Of a stretch of 64,000 bases of DNA, positions 57,671-64,000 are shown in pieces. The position numbers and the translations under genes were made by a program. This stretch comes from Candidatus Latescibacterota bacterium (lineage in GTDB: Bacteria; Latescibacterota; UBA2968; GCA-2709665). Below the pieces are notes generated by a model. That model did no database searches and was not told the origin of the DNA. It saw only the letters and a program-made list of their open reading frames with translations. Numbering within the stretch: position 1 is the stretch's first letter; every line of letters begins with the position of its first letter. Location of the stretch: the NCBI GenBank assembly GCA_965219995.1, contig CBDCOX010000002.1, positions 1,024,001-1,088,000 of the forward strand, in the 5' to 3' direction.

Positions 57671-58753
57671 ATGAAAAGACTCAAAGCAGGCGTTCTGGGC
57701 GCGACCGGCATGGTCGGTCAGCGCTTCGTCTCACTCCTGGAGGACCATCCCTGGTTCGAGGTCTCGGCGGTGGCGGCCAGCCCGCGGTCGGCCGGCAAGA
57801 CGTACCGAGAGGCCGTCGCGGGCCGATGGACGCTCGCTTCCGACATTCCATCGAAAACTGCCGATCTGACGGTCAGGAACGTGAACGAGGTCGAAGCCAT
57901 CGCCGATCAGGTCGACTTTGTCTGCTCGGCGCTGAATATGGATAAAGAGGACATCCGCGACCTCGAGGACGCGTATGCCATGCGGGAGACGCCCGTGGCC
58001 TCCAACAATTCCGCCCATCGGTGGACGCCGGACGTCCCCATGCTCATGCCCGAAATCAACCCGGGACACGTGGACGTCATCGAGGCCCAGCGCAAGCGTC
58101 TGGGCACCCGCTCGGGCTTTGTCGCCGTCAAACCGAACTGTTCGATTCAGCCCTATGTCCCTGCCTTCGAGGCGTTGGCGGACTTTGGGCCTCAGCGCGC
58201 ATCCGTATGCACCTACCAGGCGATATCAGGCGCGGGAAAGACCTTTGCGTCGTGGCCCGAAATGGAGGACAATATTATCCCCTTCATCGGAGGGGAGGAA
58301 GAGAAAAGCTCCATGGAACCGCTGAAAATCTGGGGCGAAATTCACAACGGCGAAATCCGGAACGCGAGCGGACCGGTCATTTCAGCGCAGTGTATCCGCG
58401 TGCCCGTCAGCGACGGACATATGGCCGCCACGTCGGTGTCATTCGAAAGGAAGCCTTCCCGGGAGCAGGTTATCGAATCCTGGCGAAATTTCCAGGGGGA
58501 TCCGAAGGCGGCCAACCTGCCTTCCTCGCCCAGACCGTTCCTGACGTATTTCGATGAAGACGACCGGCCGCAGACCCGGTTGGACCGGGACGCGGGCGAC
58601 GGCATGGGCGTCACGCTGGGGAGGCTGAGGGACGACAACCTGTTCGACTACAGATTCATCGCCCTGAGTCACAACACCGTTCGAGGGGCGGCGGGCGGCG
58701 CCGTTCTCATGGCCGAACTGCTTGCGGCCGAGGGTTATCTGCAGGCAAAATAG
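57671..58753 (+). CDS. asd: Aspartate-semialdehyde dehydrogenase
   Basis: LGATGMVGQRF, SNNSAHR, KPNCS, YQAISGAG, CIRVPVSDGH, SHNTVRGAAGGA. Confidence 0.96.
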   Translation: MKRLKAGVLGATGMVGQRFVSLLEDHPWFEVSAVAASPRSAGKTYREAVAGRWTLASDIPSKTADLTVRNVNEVEAIADQVDFVCSALNMDKEDIRDLEDAYAMRETPVASNNSAHRWTPDVPMLMPEINPGHVDVIEAQRKRLGTRSGFVAVKPNCSIQPYVPAFEALADFGPQRASVCTYQAISGAGKTFASWPEMEDNIIPFIGGEEEKSSMEPLKIWGEIHNGEIRNASGPVISAQCIRVPVSDGHMAATSVSFERKPSREQVIESWRNFQGDPKAANLPSSPRPFLTYFDEDDRPQTRLDRDAGDGMGVTLGRLRDDNLFDYRFIALSHNTVRGAAGGAVLMAELLAAEGYLQAK

Positions 58754-58755
58754 CT

Positions 58756-61257
58756 TCAATGGGCAACCCCATGCCGGTGCAACCGGCGGTGGATGGCCTC
58801 CCGTGCCTCCTGAAACGGGCGCTCCAGGTACGCCATGTGGTCCTCTTCCCCGTGGTGGTGCGTGACCTCGTCCGGCCTGTGCTGCCGGCTGTTCTCGTGC
58901 ATGTACGTCAGGCAGCCGTCCACCAGCGTCAACATGTACCGCGCCGTTTCAGAATCGAACATCCACCATTCGCCGCCGCAGGCTATATAGACCGGGGAAG
59001 TATGCGCCATCATGCCGCGTCCCCAACCGTCGAGATGGGGAACCGCCCGGGCATAGCCCGGGCCTCCGCACCGTGCGGCCAGCCACGAGTGGGCGCCCAC
59101 CTCGATTTCCGCTTTCAGTCTCAGCTTTCGCGAGCCCCCCGATTCTTCCGTTGAGGCAACCACGCGTCCGTCCTGCACGATCTGCAGCGTATGGATGGGC
59201 AGCACGCATTCGGCCTCCGCGACCGCTTCGACACACCCGCCGTTACCCGGCAGTCTGACCGTGTCGCCAACCTCGTGGCCATCCACGGCGAACCGGATGA
59301 TGGGTCCTCCGCTGTGAAAGGTCCGGCCCGCGGCCATGTTCCTGCACCAGGTTTCGTAGGTGAACGGCTCGTCATCGGGAATCTTCACGTACGTTCGGTA
59401 GATGCCCACCGGCACGTCGCTGCTCATCTTGTCCGTTCCACCCACGAGCGGCAGCCTGTATCCGCAGTTCAGATACCTGTAGTATTCGTTGTGATTGTAC
59501 GTTGCGTGCCTGAGCATCTCAACAGCGTCGGCGCGCCCCGTTGCGATGAGTGCGGCCGGCTCCCCGTTGGGATTGGGAAGGTGGGGAATGATCACGGTTC
59601 CGCCCTGTTCGTGGCATCGGTCCGCCCAATCCGACATGGTCGCCTCGAGTGTTCCTCCCATCTCCGCTTCGCCGGGGCCGTCGGAACACCAGGGCATCAC
59701 GGTCTCTTTCAGACCGAGCAGAATCAGATGCCCGAGGAAGTGCTGCCGGTTTTCCGATCCGACGTAGACAATGCTTCTCCCGTCCGGCGACACGCTCGCT
59801 CTGCCTGTGAACTCCTCGGTGCTTGTAAAGAGGTTGCCCCACTGCGAGGGCAGCAGGTTGACGACGTTCAGGTCCTCTCCCTGCGCCTCGGTGTGGCTTC
59901 CCTGCGTGGAAAGAAAATGGACGTGGGAATCCCCGCTGAACCACCGTTCGTCATTCATGCTGCACCAGCGTCTCAGCCGCAGATTCAGTTCCCGCTGTCC
60001 GGGCTTGATTTCCACCGCGGCGCGGAGCGGCTCGTATTCGAATCCCCGGGCCACGTCCACGATGACCCGTCCCCTGGGCAGCCACCCCTGACAGGTGCCG
60101 TCCGTATACGCATAGGTAATCTGACCCAGCCGCACGTCGCCGCCCACGTCGATATGCCACGTGCCGAGGTTCGAATTCACGTGCGGATGGTGACCGTGCG
60201 GCGCGTACGGTATCCCTTCGGGCGACCTGAAGTGCACGCGGCAGGGTACCGGTTTCCCGGTCTCGTCATCGACCACACGGGTGTGCACCCAGTTGCGCCC
60301 GCGGTTTACGACCTCGACCTTCAATGCAGGGGTCTCGACGCTGCCGCGTTTCTCCAGTTCCCCCCAATTCACGGCGCCCAGCGTTTCGGAACCCTGGCTC
60401 ACCGTGACGGTTGCCGACGGAATCGCGGCCACTTCGACGTACGCCGGGCTGCTCGCCGGGTTTTGCGGCTCCCCCCAGCCCTTCCTGTCATCCCTGAGAA
60501 AATGGTCCGACGACCGCGCCGGCAGCGGATAGGGGTACGTGGCGATACCCCGGTCCACTTGCACATCCAGGTCGAACGGCTTGTCGGCATTCTCCTGCCT
60601 CGGCAGGGTTATCAACACTTCCCTCGGGGCCTCTCGCGAAATCGGATGCTCGTCGGCGTGACCCAGCGTGATGCCTCCGATGACAAACCGGAGGTCACCT
60701 GGAATCACCTCCAGCCGTTCAATCACCCGGTCCGGGTGGGGATTCTTCCAGACCCAGAGCGTAAAGGCACTCGAACGGCCCTGCATCGCCTCGGTCTGAC
60801 GTCGACCGGCGTCACCCCACCTTCCCTCGAAGCGCGGCAGCATTTCGTCCGTCCGGTCCTGCACCGCGACGAACGGGAGCCCCGCCGCCGCCGGTACCGT
60901 GCCGATCTCGAACCGGTCCCGGATCGGCGCCGAGACAACCTCGCCACCCTCGAAATGGAAGCGGTATTCTGCAACGCGCTCGCCGATCGGTCCGTTGTCA
61001 GGAATCCCGGAATCAAGCAACCGGTGCGCCACGACCGCCCGGAGGGCCGTCTTTTCAACAGGGACGGAAATCGCCTGGCGCGACATCCCTTCCCCGAAGC
61101 CCAGCAGGCAGGGCGCGGCCTCCCCGTCCGCGCGCCCGATCAGGAACGGCAGGCCCTGGAAATTATGGACGCCCGCGGACACATTCAGCCCGTCACCCGG
61201 ATGCTCCGGGCCCACGTTGCATATCGCGGACAGATCCAGCGGTTCATACGCAGCCAT
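58756..61257 (-). CDS. CehA/McbA family (PHP-domain) metallohydrolase, paralog of 53942-56434
   Basis: SGDSHVH, ENRQHFLGH, IPH, GGTDKM, AHTSPVY; His-rich tail; start MAAYEPLDL. Confidence 0.82.
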   Translation of the reverse strand: MAAYEPLDLSAICNVGPEHPGDGLNVSAGVHNFQGLPFLIGRADGEAAPCLLGFGEGMSRQAISVPVEKTALRAVVAHRLLDSGIPDNGPIGERVAEYRFHFEGGEVVSAPIRDRFEIGTVPAAAGLPFVAVQDRTDEMLPRFEGRWGDAGRRQTEAMQGRSSAFTLWVWKNPHPDRVIERLEVIPGDLRFVIGGITLGHADEHPISREAPREVLITLPRQENADKPFDLDVQVDRGIATYPYPLPARSSDHFLRDDRKGWGEPQNPASSPAYVEVAAIPSATVTVSQGSETLGAVNWGELEKRGSVETPALKVEVVNRGRNWVHTRVVDDETGKPVPCRVHFRSPEGIPYAPHGHHPHVNSNLGTWHIDVGGDVRLGQITYAYTDGTCQGWLPRGRVIVDVARGFEYEPLRAAVEIKPGQRELNLRLRRWCSMNDERWFSGDSHVHFLSTQGSHTEAQGEDLNVVNLLPSQWGNLFTSTEEFTGRASVSPDGRSIVYVGSENRQHFLGHLILLGLKETVMPWCSDGPGEAEMGGTLEATMSDWADRCHEQGGTVIIPHLPNPNGEPAALIATGRADAVEMLRHATYNHNEYYRYLNCGYRLPLVGGTDKMSSDVPVGIYRTYVKIPDDEPFTYETWCRNMAAGRTFHSGGPIIRFAVDGHEVGDTVRLPGNGGCVEAVAEAECVLPIHTLQIVQDGRVVASTEESGGSRKLRLKAEIEVGAHSWLAARCGGPGYARAVPHLDGWGRGMMAHTSPVYIACGGEWWMFDSETARYMLTLVDGCLTYMHENSRQHRPDEVTHHHGEEDHMAYLERPFQEAREAIHRRLHRHGVAH

Positions 61258-61292
61258 ACCCAAAATCCCCTTGTCGACAAAGCGTTTCGGCG

Positions 61293-62258
61293 CTACGTCA
61301 CCCGGTTTCGCGGGCGGCCCTCCAGAAATGCGATGACGTTGTCCACCGCGCCCCCGTTCAGCAGATCGACTCCTTCCGGCGTCATGTCCGCGCAGTGAGG
61401 CGTCAGCACCACCTGCTCGCAAGACAGCAGCGGATGCGACGGCGGCACCGGTTCCTCGTCGTAGACGTCGAGCGCCGCGCCGCCCAGACGTCCCGACCCG
61501 AGCGCGGCCACCATCGCGTCCGTGTCGACCACCGGTCCGCGTGCGCCGTTCAACAGAATTGCGCCGTCTTTCATCAGCCCGAATTCCCGCGGTCCGATCA
61601 TTCCGCGGCTGTCTTCGGTGAGCGCCACATGCATGCTGACGATGTCGGCTTCAGCGAGCAATTCGTCCAGTTTCACGAAACGCACGCCCAGCCTGTCTGC
61701 CCGTTCCGGCGATGGATTGTACGTCCACGCGATCACCTCCATCCCGATGGCGCGTCCCAGCCTGGCCATCTCCGCCCCGATATTCCCGGCGCCGACGATG
61801 CCCAACACCTTGCCCTGCAGATAGATGCCATCCATCCTGGGCCACTCGCCCGCCTTCATCCGCTCCGTAAAGAACGCCGCGCGTTTCGCCGCGGCGAACA
61901 TCAGTCCGAACATGTGCTCGGCCACAACCGGCGCCGTTCGCCCCGGCTGGTTGCAGATGACGATCCCGTGCGCCCTGGCGGCTTCGAGGTCGAACATGTC
62001 GGTACCGATCGAGCAACTCGTAATCATCCGCAGATCGGGCAACCGTTCGAATTCTTCCCGCCCCCAGGATACCACGCCTCTTGTGTTGATAATGACTTCC
62101 GAGCCTTCCGCGCGCATGACTTTCTCCGCGCTCGACTCCGGCCTCGTATCGTACAGAACCACCTGTCCGTAACGCGCCAGGCGGTCCAGATGGGGAGACC
62201 CGGCGACCATCACCGGATCGTCTCCCGGGACCAGCATCCTTACCGTTCCATCGGCCAT
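61293..62258 (-). CDS. D-isomer-specific 2-hydroxyacid dehydrogenase
   Basis: VAEH, GIVGAGNIG, NGARGPVVD, LDVYDEEP, LTPH. Confidence 0.92.
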   Translation of the reverse strand: MADGTVRMLVPGDDPVMVAGSPHLDRLARYGQVVLYDTRPESSAEKVMRAEGSEVIINTRGVVSWGREEFERLPDLRMITSCSIGTDMFDLEAARAHGIVICNQPGRTAPVVAEHMFGLMFAAAKRAAFFTERMKAGEWPRMDGIYLQGKVLGIVGAGNIGAEMARLGRAIGMEVIAWTYNPSPERADRLGVRFVKLDELLAEADIVSMHVALTEDSRGMIGPREFGLMKDGAILLNGARGPVVDTDAMVAALGSGRLGGAALDVYDEEPVPPSHPLLSCEQVVLTPHCADMTPEGVDLLNGGAVDNVIAFLEGRPRNRVT

Positions 62259-62342
62259 CTCCGGACCTCCAGTGTGGCGACGTCTGACAACATGTTTGCC
62301 GCGTGGGCAGCACGCGGCCGGACGGAGTCCGTCCGGGCGCGC

Positions 62343-63533
62343 TCACTCGCCTTTCGGAATCCGCGGCGGATCTTCGGAGGCCAATGTGGCCAACGCGTGG
62401 AGCAGCAGGTCGATTTCCTCTTCCAGCAGGAAAAACGGCACACTGGCGCGCAGACCGCGCCGCGTCGAGTTGAATGCCTTGACGACAATGCGCCAGCGCC
62501 GCCGCAGCGCATCCCTCACGTCCTCGGGCCGCCAACCCTCCATATCGAATGCGACGACGGCGGCAGACAGTCCGGGGGACATCGGGGTGAACACCCTGAC
62601 ACCCGGGATCCCGATCAATCCCTGCTTCAACCGGGTCGTCAGCGCCGCGGTGCGCGCCCAGACTGCCTCCAGTCCGATGTTCTCCAGGTATGCCACCGCC
62701 GACGCCCAGGCGTGTACGAGCGGCCACGACCAGGGCCCGAATTCGAATCTCTCGGTGTTGTCCTTGAGTTCGAAACGATCCTCCCCGAAGTCCACCCACG
62801 CCTGTGCCCGTCCGCCTGCATAGGTCACGCGTATTTCATCCCGGCGGTCCTCCCGTGCAAACAGCGCTCCTGCGGCATAGGGTGAGTACATCCACTTGTA
62901 GGAAAGAACCCCCGCGAAGTCGCAGCCCAATTCGTTCAGATCCAGGGGATACAACCCCGCGGAATGCGCCATGTCCAGAAACGTGAGGACGCCCCGCGCC
63001 CTCGCGGCGGAACAGATCCGCTCCACGGGCAGGCGGAACCCCGAATCTGAAATCACGTGGCTCAAGCCAACCAGACGGGTACGCTCCGTGATGCGTCCCG
63101 CAACCGCTTCGACCTGTCCATCCGCGCTTGCCACGAGGGGCGCCTTGTCCACGATGACGCCGTACAGATCGCGCAAATGCAGACAGGGCACCAGCAGGGC
63201 CACCTCTTCTTCTTCGGAAATCAGGATGCGGTCTCCTGCCTTCCAGTCCAGGCCGCGGATAACCGTCTGGAACGCTTCGCTCACTCCGCGCATCAACGCC
63301 AGATCGCCGGCCCGAACGCCGAAGAATCTTCCGATGCGCTCCTTGGACCGTTCCCGGCGCGGGTATTCCTCGTCGGGAAACGCAATGTGCATCGGACCGC
63401 GCTCGAACAGTTCCCGCATCAGCGTCAGGTGCGTCCGGGCAACCGGCGCCGGAGTGATGCTCACGCCGCCGTTCTGGAACCACACGAATTTTTCCAGCGG
63501 CGGGAAGTCTGCCCTGATCTTCCCTACATTCAT
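62343..63533 (-). CDS. Aminotransferase class V / cysteine desulfurase-like PLP enzyme
   Basis: IRADFP, LDMAHSAG, SYKWMYSP (PLP lysine), RFEFG, LRASV. Confidence 0.85.
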   Translation of the reverse strand: MNVGKIRADFPPLEKFVWFQNGGVSITPAPVARTHLTLMRELFERGPMHIAFPDEEYPRRERSKERIGRFFGVRAGDLALMRGVSEAFQTVIRGLDWKAGDRILISEEEEVALLVPCLHLRDLYGVIVDKAPLVASADGQVEAVAGRITERTRLVGLSHVISDSGFRLPVERICSAARARGVLTFLDMAHSAGLYPLDLNELGCDFAGVLSYKWMYSPYAAGALFAREDRRDEIRVTYAGGRAQAWVDFGEDRFELKDNTERFEFGPWSWPLVHAWASAVAYLENIGLEAVWARTAALTTRLKQGLIGIPGVRVFTPMSPGLSAAVVAFDMEGWRPEDVRDALRRRWRIVVKAFNSTRRGLRASVPFFLLEEEIDLLLHALATLASEDPPRIPKGE

Positions 63534-63634
63534 TTGCCAGCGCCCAGGTGAAAACACGTTTTCGGAATCTACGAGCCGGTTTCCGATCGGTTCAAGCGTG
63601 TTTCGCGTCCGTGCCCCCGTTTCGGGTCGTCGTC

Positions 63635-64000
63635 TCAGCGCCAATGGGCCGGAAGTATGACGTCCCTCAATCCCAGATGCCGTGCGATCCAGCGCTCCTG
63701 GTAGACCCCATCCTTATAGCGGGAGTGCTCCGAGGCGCGAACCTGAGGAGCCACCTGCATGGCGTCGGCTACCGCACCAAGCGTTTCCCGGCTGCCCCAC
63801 AGCAGGGTCGGCACCGTGATCCGGGGTGCAAAAAACAACGGGTCGAAATAGGATACCGTGCGTGCTACAGCGTGGCGGCGATCCGGATATTGCCGCAGGT
63901 ATTCGTTGACCTCCTCCAACGGATAACTTTCCGTGCCGGCCGCCCGATCCATCGTGCGAAGGAAGAAAGACGGTGAAGCAACCAGGTGGGTCAGACCCCC
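63635..64000 (-). CDS. Acetylxylan esterase / cephalosporin-C deacetylase-like protein, 5' end outside window
   Basis: YPLEEVNEYLR...TVSYFDPLFFAPRITVPTL; frame stays open to the window edge. Confidence 0.65.
   Translation of the reverse strand, partial: GGLTHLVASPSFFLRTMDRAAGTESYPLEEVNEYLRQYPDRRHAVARTVSYFDPLFFAPRITVPTLLWGSRETLGAVADAMQVAPQVRASEHSRYKDGVYQERWIARHLGLRDVILPAHWR

Noticed and set aside
59191-61398. 735-aa plus-strand ORF (and similar long ORFs at 49286-50821, 61395-62885, 29766-31175, 1817-3241, 16237-17553)
   Set aside because: Antisense shadows of well-supported genes, expected from high-GC codon bias; no recognisable motifs
1-64000. tRNA, rRNA, prophage or transposase genes
   Set aside because: No such signatures recognised by eye; a tRNAscan/Infernal run would be needed to exclude them fully

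Overview
GC-rich bacterial chromosomal segment from a diderm organism (TamA/TamB, outer-membrane beta-barrel, lipoproteins). A C-terminal 'GDFxxDGxVxFxDFxxFxxxFG' dockerin-like repeat, HPr kinase and many sugar-acid/TIM-barrel/PhyH/amidohydrolase genes suggest an FCB-group lineage such as Latescibacterota/Gemmatimonadota (inference only). About 55 real CDS: housekeeping genes (PPK2/pap, aspartokinase, hprK, map, clpB, tamAB, asd under a lysine riboswitch), many catabolic enzymes, and an 11-kb iron/manganese locus (17.6-28.3 kb) with two Feo systems (one split FeoB) and three architecturally different DtxR/MntR-family regulators, each operon having a palindromic operator at its promoter. A visibly AT-richer islet (about 33.9-37.8 kb) carries a HEPN + nucleotidyltransferase pair and an ECF sigma / zinc anti-sigma / miniature secretin-like trio, next to GTAG-type REP palindromes. 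Non-coding finds: a 161-bp MITE with 15-bp terminal inverted repeats, an AT-rich 41-bp palindrome, heptamer repeats, and a lysine riboswitch whose terminator loop is complementary to the 5' P1 strand. No rRNA, tRNA, CRISPR array or transposase was seen. The best candidates for an undescribed system are the ECF/anti-sigma/mini-secretin module and the membrane-anchored DtxR-FeoA-FeoA plus split-FeoB system. All product calls come from motif recognition by eye; no database search was run.
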